From the NCBI GenBank assembly GCA_031285625.1, contig JAITVV010000056.1, forward strand, positions 96,001 to 160,000: 64,000 nucleotides of DNA, in the 5' to 3' direction. Source of the stretch: Prevotella sp. (lineage in GTDB: Bacteria > Bacteroidota > Bacteroidia > Bacteroidales > Dysgonomonadaceae). Of this stretch, positions 9,804 through 18,909 are shown piece by piece (position 1 is the stretch's first letter; the number at the start of each line of letters is the position of its first letter). A program made the position numbers and the translations under genes. The notes under the pieces are model-generated. The model was not told the DNA's origin. It made no database searches and worked only from the letters and a program-made list of their open reading frames with translations.

Positions 9804-11636
9804 ATGAAAACAAAACTACTAACTATTATTCTCCTGATATGTTTCTCATATTATGGATTCGCTCAAGATAAAAAGACTATAAAGTCGAAGCTCAATGATG
9901 CGACAGTCTTTTTTCAAGGAGCTGAGTTAACACATAGTGCTTCATATTCATTAGCCAAAGGCGAGAATGAAATTTATATTGAAGGATTGAGTCCCAATAT
10001 AGATAAGAATAGCTTGAAGATAAAGACTACAAATGGGGTGATCGTATCTGCTTACGAATTCTCGGTTGATTTTCTTACTGAAACTAAAGCTCTAAGTACA
10101 GTAGCTAAGAAACTACAAGATTCAGTTGACTATTATAAGAAAAAGCTTGAGCAGGTAAATACCGATATCAATATTACAACAAACCTTATACAGCTTCTAC
10201 AGAAAGGGACAGATAAAAATGTGGCCGGATCTGAAAAGGGTTTAGGTATCGACGAACTGGTAAAAACAATGGATTATTACAAGACTAAATCTGCTGAATT
10301 ACAAACGACTCAGGCTGCAAACAACAAAAGAAAGAGTGAATGTGATATAGCTATAGCCCGTTTGAATAAACAGCTCAATCAGGAATCTTTGAAGAATAAT
10401 AAAACTGCGGGTATTCTAAAACTTAATTTATCTTCTCCTTTAGCTAATACATGCAGCTTTATTATATCCTATTATACTTCTGCAGCCAACTGGGTTCCTT
10501 ACTATGATATAAACATTGAATCTACAGAAAAACCCATAAAAATTGTAGCAAAATCGAAGGTGCGTCAGACTACGGGTCTCGACTGGGAGAAAGTAAATCT
10601 CATCCTATCTACTGCTACCCCTAGTAATGGTAAAGTGGCACCTCTTTTTAATGCTTGGTTCTTAGAAAACTACAGACCTCAACCCAGAGCATCAGCAGGT
10701 ATGGCTATGCAAAATAGCTATTCATATGCAAAGAAAGAATTTAATAACCTGAATATTCAAGCTGTTGCCGAGGAAAGTATACCAATAGGAGATATGAAAA
10801 TAAGGGGTAGTTCTTCAGTTACAGAGAGTCCTTTATACATAGTAGATGGTATAGCTGTAGATGAAGACTATGTACAATCCCTGGATCCGAATGCAATAAA
10901 AAACGTAGACGTACTAAAAGATACGAATTCTACAGCCATATACGGATCACGTGCAGCCAATGGAGTGATTGTAGTAACCTTAAAAAGCAGTATGGATGAC
11001 TTTATCACACAGAAAGAGAATGAACTTAATATGGTTTACAATATAGATATGCCATATACCATTCCAGGAAATGGGAAAGAACAGACTATCGACCTGCAAA
11101 CAAAAGAAACATCTGCTGAATATAAATATTACTGCGCTCCAAAGCTAGATACAGAAACCTATCTACTGGCAGAAATACCAGATTGGCAAAAACTAAATCT
11201 GCTAAGTGGGAAGGCTAATATTACATATGATGGAACTTATGTTGGAGAAACATTTCTTGACGCACGTTCCACTCACGAAAAGCTAACGTTAACACTTGGT
11301 ACAGACAAGCGCGTTCCTGTTAAACGAGAAAAAATGCAGGATTATAGCAGTACCAAATTCTTAGGGAATGATACCAAACAGGTATTTACATACAAGCTAA
11401 CTGTTAAAAACAATCAGAATAAGCCTGTTAAGATGGTACTGAAAGACCAATACCCAATATCAACACAAAAAAACATCGAAGTAGAACTGCTTACGAAGGA
11501 TACTACTCCATGGACCGCTAATAAAGAAGACGTAGGCGTAATAACATGGGAGGAAGAACTAAAAGCAGGTGAAACAAAGGTTTATCAGATCAGTTATAGT
11601 GTAAAGTATCCGAAAGGGACAAGACTTAATTTATAA
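9804..11636 (+). CDS. DUF4140/DUF4139 (MuiA-like) secreted protein with internal TonB plug-like segment
   Basis: N-terminal TVFFQGAE, coiled coil, WVPYYD..Q.TG.DW; internal PLYIVDG...VLKD..TAIYGSRAANGVIVVT. Confidence 0.85.
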   Translation: MKTKLLTIILLICFSYYGFAQDKKTIKSKLNDATVFFQGAELTHSASYSLAKGENEIYIEGLSPNIDKNSLKIKTTNGVIVSAYEFSVDFLTETKALSTVAKKLQDSVDYYKKKLEQVNTDINITTNLIQLLQKGTDKNVAGSEKGLGIDELVKTMDYYKTKSAELQTTQAANNKRKSECDIAIARLNKQLNQESLKNNKTAGILKLNLSSPLANTCSFIISYYTSAANWVPYYDINIESTEKPIKIVAKSKVRQTTGLDWEKVNLILSTATPSNGKVAPLFNAWFLENYRPQPRASAGMAMQNSYSYAKKEFNNLNIQAVAEESIPIGDMKIRGSSSVTESPLYIVDGIAVDEDYVQSLDPNAIKNVDVLKDTNSTAIYGSRAANGVIVVTLKSSMDDFITQKENELNMVYNIDMPYTIPGNGKEQTIDLQTKETSAEYKYYCAPKLDTETYLLAEIPDWQKLNLLSGKANITYDGTYVGETFLDARSTHEKLTLTLGTDKRVPVKREKMQDYSSTKFLGNDTKQVFTYKLTVKNNQNKPVKMVLKDQYPISTQKNIEVELLTKDTTPWTANKEDVGVITWEEELKAGETKVYQISYSVKYPKGTRLNL

Positions 11637-11657
11637 CTATGAGGAAACGCTATAGAG

Positions 11658-12122
11658 TCAATCTATAGCGTTTCTCTTTTCTTTCATTATCGATTTTTTG
11701 ATCATGATCATCTTCGCCAGTTCAGGCAGAAGACTTTCATCCTTTATTGTGATAAGCATCCATTTACCATCATGAAGTTGTGGTGTATTATCAAAAACGG
11801 ATGTAAAGTAGGTATCAAATGATTCCCTTTGAGAGTTAAATATAATTACTTCTTTTTTACCATAAATTAGTATAACAGAAAATGCATTCTTTTCAGGGAA
11901 GATAGATATTAATGTTTTTCCGTTTCTCCGGTATCGCAACATTACGCCAAATTTTACTCCTCCAAAATATATTTCCTGTTCAAAGTTATAGTTGTTATCA
12001 AGGAATTCGAGTAATGAGTCAAAAGCTTTCACAGCTTTCTTTGATTTGATAAATTTTCTTATTTCCTCCAAGTTTGGTAAAGGAGATTCTTGATAAATTC
12101 TTTCAGGTATTTGTGTTTCCAT
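11658..12122 (-). CDS. DUF3788-like protein
   Basis: FGGVKFG..LRYRR.GKTL..FP and HDGKWM motifs. Confidence 0.7.
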   Translation of the reverse strand: METQIPERIYQESPLPNLEEIRKFIKSKKAVKAFDSLLEFLDNNYNFEQEIYFGGVKFGVMLRYRRNGKTLISIFPEKNAFSVILIYGKKEVIIFNSQRESFDTYFTSVFDNTPQLHDGKWMLITIKDESLLPELAKMIMIKKSIMKEKRNAID

Positions 12123-12154
12123 CTGGGTATTATTCTTAATAGTTGCAAATATAA

Positions 12155-13354
12155 CTATTCTTGTTTGATTTTTTGCTTATCAGATATCAATAAATGTATA
12201 ACAAGGCATAATACTACAAATATTCCACCTGTACACACAACTCCATTCCAACCATAAGCACCCCATGCTTTCCCGCCTACAAAAGTGCCTAATGACCCTC
12301 CTATAAAATAAGATACCATATAAACTGTATTTAAGCGATTTGCAGCTTCAGGATGAGAAGAAAATACAATAGTCTGATTAGTGACATGCATAGCTTGCAA
12401 TCCCATATCAAGAATTATGATCCCAATAATAAGCCCTATATAAGTATTTCCACCCAAACCGAATATACCCCATGAAAGAATCATCAGTGTAGCGGCTATA
12501 GCTATTAATTTATTTTTATTGATCTTACCTGAAACATATCCTACTAACGAGGCAGCTAAAGCCCCCGCAATACCAAATAATCCAAGCGATCCGGCCACAT
12601 CGCTTCCCTGAAAGAATGGAGCCTGCTCCAACTTAAAAGTCAACGTAGTCCAGAATACAGAAAATGAGGCAAAGCCCAATGCTCCTCTCAAAGAAGCTAA
12701 CTGTAAGCTGGGAATATCTTTTGCATATCTGATTATGGATCTCATTAATTGCCTGTATTTACCATCAAAAGTTGGTTTCATATCAGGAAGCAACCATGCT
12801 ATAAGAATAGCCAGAACAACCATAAACCCTGCTGCAATAAAAAATACATTACGCCAGCCCAGATACTCTCCTACTATACCACTAAATACACGGGATGCCA
12901 ATATACCTATAAGGAGCCCACTCATAACAATCCCTACATTCTTCCCTTTTTCTTCAGGAGGAGATAGTTGTGCTGCAATAGGGACAAATACCTGAGGAAC
13001 TACAGATGTTAACCCAATGAAGAAACTGGCAACAATCATCACTAAAAGAGATTTACTAAGAGCAAAAACCAGTAATGAAAGGAGTATAAAAGCAAAATCA
13101 ATAAGAATTATTCTTTTACGCCGGTACATATCCCCTAACGGGATGATAAGCAGCAATCCGACAGCATAGCCTACTTGAGTAAACATAGCAACTTTACTAG
13201 TCGCGGCTTCTGTTTCCCCAAACTCTTTAGCGATCATACCTAAAAGTGGCTGATTGTAATAATTATTGGCTACAACAAGCCCTGCCCCGATTGCCATCAA
13301 CCAGAGGGTTCCTTTAGATAAATATTGTTTGTTTTCGTTTTCGGGCAATAACAT
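12155..13354 (-). CDS. MFS transporter
   Basis: VANNYYNQPLL, PLGD..RRK, GLLIGILASR, RLNTVYM. Confidence 0.9.
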   Translation of the reverse strand: MLLPENENKQYLSKGTLWLMAIGAGLVVANNYYNQPLLGMIAKEFGETEAATSKVAMFTQVGYAVGLLLIIPLGDMYRRKRIILIDFAFILLSLLVFALSKSLLVMIVASFFIGLTSVVPQVFVPIAAQLSPPEEKGKNVGIVMSGLLIGILASRVFSGIVGEYLGWRNVFFIAAGFMVVLAILIAWLLPDMKPTFDGKYRQLMRSIIRYAKDIPSLQLASLRGALGFASFSVFWTTLTFKLEQAPFFQGSDVAGSLGLFGIAGALAASLVGYVSGKINKNKLIAIAATLMILSWGIFGLGGNTYIGLIIGIIILDMGLQAMHVTNQTIVFSSHPEAANRLNTVYMVSYFIGGSLGTFVGGKAWGAYGWNGVVCTGGIFVVLCLVIHLLISDKQKIKQE

Positions 13355-13365
13355 TTAAATGATTT

Positions 13366-14091
13366 TTATTCAGAATAAGGAGCATTTTGTATCCAACTTT
13401 GCACCATCTCCCTGTCGAATATTTTACCTATGACCCTATACTTTGAGTCATTCAACGGATTACGTCCAATCAGCGGTTCTGACATCACACCAATTTGCGG
13501 TCTGTAATAGTTTGCATGAACAAAAGACATCTTACCATTCAGATAATAAATATAGCCTACATGAGAATCGAGCCCTACAATATATAGTCCTTCGCCTTTT
13601 GCTTCAATGTAATCCAGAACATCTTTCACCGGCTTTTGTTGAAATCGTTTGATATCAGTTGTCACTTTCTTTATCATATATTCGGATGCCTGTTGTGCCC
13701 ATTTTATACGTGGAATATTGAATCCCATATCACGTAAGGTAGTAGTTACAAAATATCCACAGGCAATGCTACCCTCGCCAGGGGTCTGGCTATGACCATG
13801 AAAAGTCCAGGGAGTATTATACCACGAGCGGAAGAAATCATCAGATATAGTTAAAAGATAATTCTGAGCCTCAGCTATTATACTATCTTGCTTTATCTTA
13901 TTATTCTTACTACCACTGTATTCTTTAAAGAATATGGCTCTTCTCTCTAAAGTTTCCTTTTTTAGTTCAGGATAAGATTTAATCTCTTCTTCAATCCTCT
14001 CCTGCCATAACAAAACCTGTTGCTCCTTAGACTTTGAGGTGCAAGAGAACAACAAGAAGATTAAAAATAGGATAGGAAAAGGGTATCTCAT
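13366..14091 (-). CDS. Lipoprotein with putative papain/NlpC-P60-like catalytic residues
   Basis: Lipobox LFSC; TPW.F.G, ACGYFV, HVG, HAN. Confidence 0.6.
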   Translation of the reverse strand: MRYPFPILFLIFLLFSCTSKSKEQQVLLWQERIEEEIKSYPELKKETLERRAIFFKEYSGSKNNKIKQDSIIAEAQNYLLTISDDFFRSWYNTPWTFHGHSQTPGEGSIACGYFVTTTLRDMGFNIPRIKWAQQASEYMIKKVTTDIKRFQQKPVKDVLDYIEAKGEGLYIVGLDSHVGYIYYLNGKMSFVHANYYRPQIGVMSEPLIGRNPLNDSKYRVIGKIFDREMVQSWIQNAPYSE

Positions 14092-14155
14092 ATTACAATC
14101 CGATTAAAAAGTGACCAAATATAAAAAAAACACATCAAACTAATAATTAACGACT

Positions 14156-14242
14156 TACAAACAAAAGGTGACAAAAGTAACACTTTTCTTACTGTTTTAA
14201 TCTGTTACCTTTTCTCTTTTTCTCACCTATATTATTAGATAA
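14156..14242. repeat. Dispersed ~90-bp intergenic element, copy 1
   Basis: Shares GTGACAAAAGTAACA...CTGTTTT...TTAC-TTTT...TATTAGATAA with 23031-23120. Confidence 0.55.
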
Positions 14243-14266
14243 TTTTATGATGATAAATTAGCTATA

Positions 14267-15142
14267 TCAGTCTATAAAACGTTTTGTAATATCTCCAAAG
14301 GAATCGATTCGCCTGTCACGGAAAAACGGCCACCAGCGGCGTACCTGTTCGGAGCGTTTTATATCTATTTCAACAATATGAACTTCTTCTTTATCATTCG
14401 GAGCCTGCCATAGAATCTCTCCCTGAGGCCCGGCCACAAAACTATTTCCCCAGAATGTAATACCATTCGTTTGACCCGAAGGATCAGGTTCATAACCTGT
14501 ACGGTTTACCGAAACTACGTGCAACCCGTTTGCCACAGCATGTCCGCGTTGAGAGATAACCCAGGCACCCAATTGCCGGGCTTTTTCATCTTCCGTATCG
14601 GTCGATTCCCATCCTATGGCTGTAGGATAAATAAGTATGTCTGCTCCTGCCATTGCCATCAGGCGGGCAGCTTCAGGATACCACTGGTCCCAGCAGACTA
14701 AAACGCCCAATTTACCAAGAGACGTTTCAATTGGCTTAAATCCCAGATCACCGGGAGTAAAATAGAACTTTTCGTAGTATGCAGGGTCATCTGGTATATG
14801 CATTTTGCGGTATTTACCTGCAATAGTACCGTCCTTTTCCATTACTACAGCTGTATTGTGATATAGTCCGGGAGCACGACGTTCAAAGAGAGAGAGAACA
14901 ATAACCACTCCCCATTCTTTAGCTAAAGCGCCAAAATCGTCTGTCGATGGCCCCGGTATTGTTTCCGCCATATCAAAGATAGCAGTATCTTCTACCTGGC
15001 AAAAGTATAATGAGTTGTGCAGCTCCTGCATCACAATAAGTTGAGCACCCAACCTTGCTGCTTCTCTGACTTTATCTTTTAAGCCTTGTATATTTTTTTG
15101 TATATCAGGTGTATTTGCCTGTTGTATAATTCCTATTTTCAT
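14267..15142 (-). CDS. aguB: N-carbamoylputrescine amidase (carbon-nitrogen hydrolase)
   Basis: QELH, YRKMHIPDDPAYYEKFYF, VCWDQW (E-K-C triad); linked to agmatine deiminase. Confidence 0.92.
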   Translation of the reverse strand: MKIGIIQQANTPDIQKNIQGLKDKVREAARLGAQLIVMQELHNSLYFCQVEDTAIFDMAETIPGPSTDDFGALAKEWGVVIVLSLFERRAPGLYHNTAVVMEKDGTIAGKYRKMHIPDDPAYYEKFYFTPGDLGFKPIETSLGKLGVLVCWDQWYPEAARLMAMAGADILIYPTAIGWESTDTEDEKARQLGAWVISQRGHAVANGLHVVSVNRTGYEPDPSGQTNGITFWGNSFVAGPQGEILWQAPNDKEEVHIVEIDIKRSEQVRRWWPFFRDRRIDSFGDITKRFID

Positions 15143-15154
15143 TTCTCTTACGTT

Positions 15155-15520
15155 TTATTCTGTTTCTGCTGATTTTATCTGTATAAAGTCAATGATATTA
15201 TCAGCTTCTTTCTTCATTGAGAGTGAACCTATTGCGCCCAATCCATTCGCATATATCGCTATCTTTAGTATCTTTCATGTTGACAAAATAGCCCTCGTCA
15301 CCGTCTTGCCCTATCATAAAGAATCAGGGTCATATTCTTTTATCTCATAAGTCGTATTTCTTTCTCTCAAATCAGACCAACTATAAAAAACAATCCCTGT
15401 ATTTTCCACTTCGTATATTTCACCTTCGGGTATTTGTCCCAAAAATCTTTTGTAGGATTCCGGAAAATGTATTCCAACTTCCTTTTCTATTATTGATATC
15501 TTATTTTCTGTCTCACTCAT
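15155..15520 (-). pseudogene. SMI1/KNR4 immunity-type gene with two frameshifts
   Basis: IEKEVGIHFPESYKRFL...EYDPD, then shifted FMIGQDGDEGYFVNMKD, then shifted IYANGLGAIGSLSMKKEADNIIDFI...TAA at 15155-15157. Confidence 0.75.
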
Positions 15521-15990
15521 AATTCTCTACCTGAATATTCTTTAATCTTATTTTCCAGGAATTCTAAAAAATTATCAGCATAAATCTTATCATCATTCTC
15601 TGAATGATAATCCCTTATATAGACCTTATATTCGTTATCTTTTAATTTTCCTTCTATCTTAAAATAATATATTTCATCATCAAGATCTAGAATACTTAAT
15701 TCATCTTCATTTAAAATTCCTTTCTTAATATTCTTTTTATATGAATCTAAAATATCGTAATCTGTGAGGTCTAATAACTCAAATGGGGCAATACGCTTGA
15801 TGTAATCATTATCGAAAGCAATAAATTCAAGTTCTTTACTCATCCATTTATAAGATTCTGGTAACTTAAAATTAAGCTCTTGTTCAACATAATCAATCCA
15901 GTCCTGTTCAACAATACCTTTTGTCCCAAAATGAATTTTGTTTTCATATTGTTGAAGATTAGTAAGAGTCTGTTTATAGCTTTTTTTCAT
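15517..15990 (-). CDS. SMI1/KNR4 (SUKH) family protein
   Basis: VEQELNFKLPESYKW and C-terminal YADNFLEFL; acidic, AT-rich. Confidence 0.82.
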   Translation of the reverse strand: MKKSYKQTLTNLQQYENKIHFGTKGIVEQDWIDYVEQELNFKLPESYKWMSKELEFIAFDNDYIKRIAPFELLDLTDYDILDSYKKNIKKGILNEDELSILDLDDEIYYFKIEGKLKDNEYKVYIRDYHSENDDKIYADNFLEFLENKIKEYSGREL

Positions 15991-15991
15991 T

Positions 15992-16216
15992 TTAATCTGG
16001 TAGCTTAATTGTATCAGGAGACATCTCTATATGTCTCTCGAATTCTTCAATCCTCAATTTTATATCATCTAAAAACTCCTGCGTGCAACCACCTTTTTCG
16101 GCATCCAGGTAATATTGTTTTAGTAAAGGTAGAAATAATATATCGTTCCCTGAAAATACCATTGCAGGCACATCATTTCTTATACATCTTAATAGTAATG
16201 CTTTCTGATCTTTCAT
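15992..16216 (-). CDS. Small hypothetical protein (74 aa)
   Basis: MKDQKALLLRCIRND...IKLPD; start 7 bp after aguA stop. Confidence 0.65.
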   Translation of the reverse strand: MKDQKALLLRCIRNDVPAMVFSGNDILFLPLLKQYYLDAEKGGCTQEFLDDIKLRIEEFERHIEMSPDTIKLPD

Positions 16217-16223
16217 TCTGATT

Positions 16224-17258
16224 CTATATAAATTCTTCCAGATATTGCATTGTAATGCAATGTAACGAACCATGCTGGCGAATAAGAGGTGAACAATCAA
16301 TTCCTATAACTTCTCTCGTCGGAAAAGCCTTCTTCAATTGCATACGAGCCTCCTCATCTTTTTGTTTATCGTTATAAAACGGTAAGAGCACCACCTCATT
16401 CATGATAAGGAAATTGGCATAAGTAGCCGGGAGTCTTTCATTATTCTCATCATATACGGCTTTCGCCATAGGTAAAGCAATCAGCTGATACGGATTCCCT
16501 TTATAATCTGTAAATGTTTTCAATTGCTCTTCCATCTTACGCAAAGCTTCGTAATGCTCATCATCTTTGTCGTCACACTTTACATATACAATAGTATGCT
16601 CGTCACAATAACGTGCGAGTGTATCTATATGGCTATCGGTGTCATCTCCCGCCAGAAAACCGTAATCCAACCAAAGCACCCTGTCTAATCCGAAATCTCT
16701 CTTCAAGTAATCTTCTATTTCAGTTTTCGACAGAAAAGAATTTCGGTTTGGAGATAACAGGCATTCCGAAGTCGTTAACAATGTACCTTTTCCATCAGAC
16801 TCCAAAGCACCTCCTTCAAGGGCAAAATCTTTCTTATTTACCAATTCAACGTCTGAATGGAATATATTGTTTGTAAATAGTCCCCTTGTTATCTGGTTGT
16901 CATAGTTAGACGCAAATTTTAGTCCCCAGCCATTAAATGTAAAATCATAAACCTGCTTTTTACCAGCCCTAAGAATAGAAATACCGCTATGGTCACGTGC
17001 CCAGGTATCATTAGTTGGTAATTCGACTAATGTAAGATTATGAAATAGGTTTGCATACTCTTTCAGCTCATATTTAATCAATTCTGCATTGTGACAGACA
17101 ATTATTAGTTTTTGCCTTTTCAATATTTCTGAGGCAATACTTACATAACATGTTGTCACTTCCTCCAACATATATTCCCAGTCCGTTTCGGGATGAGGCC
17201 ATGTAAGCTGTATAGCACTTTGTGGATACCATTCGGGAGGTAATAATATAGGATTCAT
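16224..17258 (-). CDS. aguA: Agmatine deiminase (PPAD family)
   Basis: PEW, DTWARD, FNGWG, LEGG, DTDSHID, GSLHCITMQ. Confidence 0.93.
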   Translation of the reverse strand: MNPILLPPEWYPQSAIQLTWPHPETDWEYMLEEVTTCYVSIASEILKRQKLIIVCHNAELIKYELKEYANLFHNLTLVELPTNDTWARDHSGISILRAGKKQVYDFTFNGWGLKFASNYDNQITRGLFTNNIFHSDVELVNKKDFALEGGALESDGKGTLLTTSECLLSPNRNSFLSKTEIEDYLKRDFGLDRVLWLDYGFLAGDDTDSHIDTLARYCDEHTIVYVKCDDKDDEHYEALRKMEEQLKTFTDYKGNPYQLIALPMAKAVYDENNERLPATYANFLIMNEVVLLPFYNDKQKDEEARMQLKKAFPTREVIGIDCSPLIRQHGSLHCITMQYLEEFI

Positions 17259-17330
17259 TCTATTAATTGCATTAATTAAGGTCTAAGACCTATTTGACTA
17301 CTTAATCGCATGGGCAAAAGTACAAAATAA

Positions 17331-18140
17331 TTATCTTAATATACCTCCCGTTAGCATTCTACCGGAATGAATAGATTGCCGTCGGGCCGAAAAGAATTTA
17401 TCAGGATTGGAATATGTACAGAGATTTGCCGTTTCTATATTTTCCGAAGGAATCCCCGATTCCATCAAGAGTAATTTATTTGCATATTCAAGATCAATAT
17501 GTCTTTTCCCTGTTACTGTATTCTGACAACTTATATACTCAATTGAAAAGCCTGTATTTACAAAAGCTTCAACCACCTCATCCCCAACTTCAAAGTATTC
17601 CCGAGAGATGCATGGTCCTATGCCTGCCAATAGATCATGTGGAGAAGAATTAAAATGTTCCTGCATTTTCAAAACCGTTTTCTGTGCGATTTTAGCGACA
17701 GTTCCCTTCCATCCTGCATGTATAGCTGCAAGTATATTCAATTTAGGGTCAAATATCAGTACGGGTACACAATCAGCAGTAGTTACCCCTATACAAATAT
17801 TCTTTTGGTTGGTAACGATAGCATCTACTCCGTTTAGCAATGTCGCTTTCTCTAAATCTGTCTTTTGCATAAAGGCTTCATCAATGATTTGTACCTGATC
17901 TTTGTGAGTCTGATAAGGAATGTACAGATTCTCTACAGAAATGCCTGCTATATTTGCAAAGTGTTCTTGATTTTTATTTACACAATCGGGATCGTCTCCT
18001 GAATACGGACTCAGATTAAAAGATGTATAATTTCCGGTACTGACCCCACCTTTTACGCTTGTAGAAAAGCTAAAAACTTTTTCTTTAGGAAAAGAGGTAA
18101 ATATTAACAGGTCAAGATCTTTGATTTTAATTGTCTCCAT
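17331..18140 (-). CDS. pgeF: PgeF/YfiH purine nucleoside phosphorylase-like protein
   Basis: QTH, TADCVPV, HAGWKG, GPCI, CT...FFSARR. Confidence 0.92.
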   Translation of the reverse strand: METIKIKDLDLLIFTSFPKEKVFSFSTSVKGGVSTGNYTSFNLSPYSGDDPDCVNKNQEHFANIAGISVENLYIPYQTHKDQVQIIDEAFMQKTDLEKATLLNGVDAIVTNQKNICIGVTTADCVPVLIFDPKLNILAAIHAGWKGTVAKIAQKTVLKMQEHFNSSPHDLLAGIGPCISREYFEVGDEVVEAFVNTGFSIEYISCQNTVTGKRHIDLEYANKLLLMESGIPSENIETANLCTYSNPDKFFSARRQSIHSGRMLTGGILR

Positions 18141-18181
18141 ACTAAATGGTGATTATTTCGATAACTAAATTATTGATGATT

Positions 18182-18718
18182 ATGAAAAAAACGTTACTAT
18201 TATTGCTTGTTAGTATTCTTACAATGTCTGCCTATTCTCAGAATTCAGATATTGAATCTTATTACAAAGGAATAGAATCTTATCAAGATTTGCATCTTTC
18301 CTCAGATCAAATTGCGAGAATTAAGAAGTTAAAAAGAGAAAAAGGGCCTCAGTTTGCAGCTATTGGTAAAGACAGAAGCCTTTCGGGGTATGAAAAAGGA
18401 GAAAGGAAGAGAGCCTTGGCTCAGAAATACAGAGCAGAGATGCAATCGATATTAAACAGAGGGCAGGTAAACACATGGGAAAAAAGATATGGAAAGTTAA
18501 CTCCTGATTATAGTATGAAAGATGCTATATCTGATGATTTTGATAATGCGCTGGATGCATTGGAACGAAGATATGAAGCTGATAAAAAAGCTATAGAGAA
18601 TAACAGGTATCTAGGCAAAGAGGAACGAAAAGCGCAGGAAAAAGCTTTGAAGAACGCTTATAAGATCGAGAAAGACAATCTTAAAGCCCGTAAAAAAGCA
18701 GCAAAAGGTAATTTCTAA
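18182..18718 (+). CDS. Secreted helical protein (Spy/CpxP-like)
   Basis: Signal peptide from MKKTLLL; DLHLSSDQ and ILNRGQ resemble LTxxQ motifs. Confidence 0.6.
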   Translation: MKKTLLLLLVSILTMSAYSQNSDIESYYKGIESYQDLHLSSDQIARIKKLKREKGPQFAAIGKDRSLSGYEKGERKRALAQKYRAEMQSILNRGQVNTWEKRYGKLTPDYSMKDAISDDFDNALDALERRYEADKKAIENNRYLGKEERKAQEKALKNAYKIEKDNLKARKKAAKGNF

Positions 18719-18731
18719 AAAAATAGGATAA

Positions 18732-18841
18732 CTCTTTGTCATGTTGAACGAAGTGAAACATTCCGATTCTCAAAAGTCGAGATTCTTCATTGCATTCAGA
18801 AACAACGTTCGACGGAACGAAGTGTAGTCAATGACAAAGAG
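18732..18841. repeat. REP-like palindromic element, copy 2, with insertion in right arm
   Basis: CTCTTTGTCAT...ATGACAAAGAG perfect outer IR; inner GTTGAACGAAGTGAAACAT / GATTCTTCATTGCATTCAGAA. Confidence 0.7.
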
Positions 18842-18909
18842 GGTAAAACTTTCAGCAACATTATTAAAAAAGCAGATTATATACAAATTTTATTAAAAGT
18901 AATTATTTA

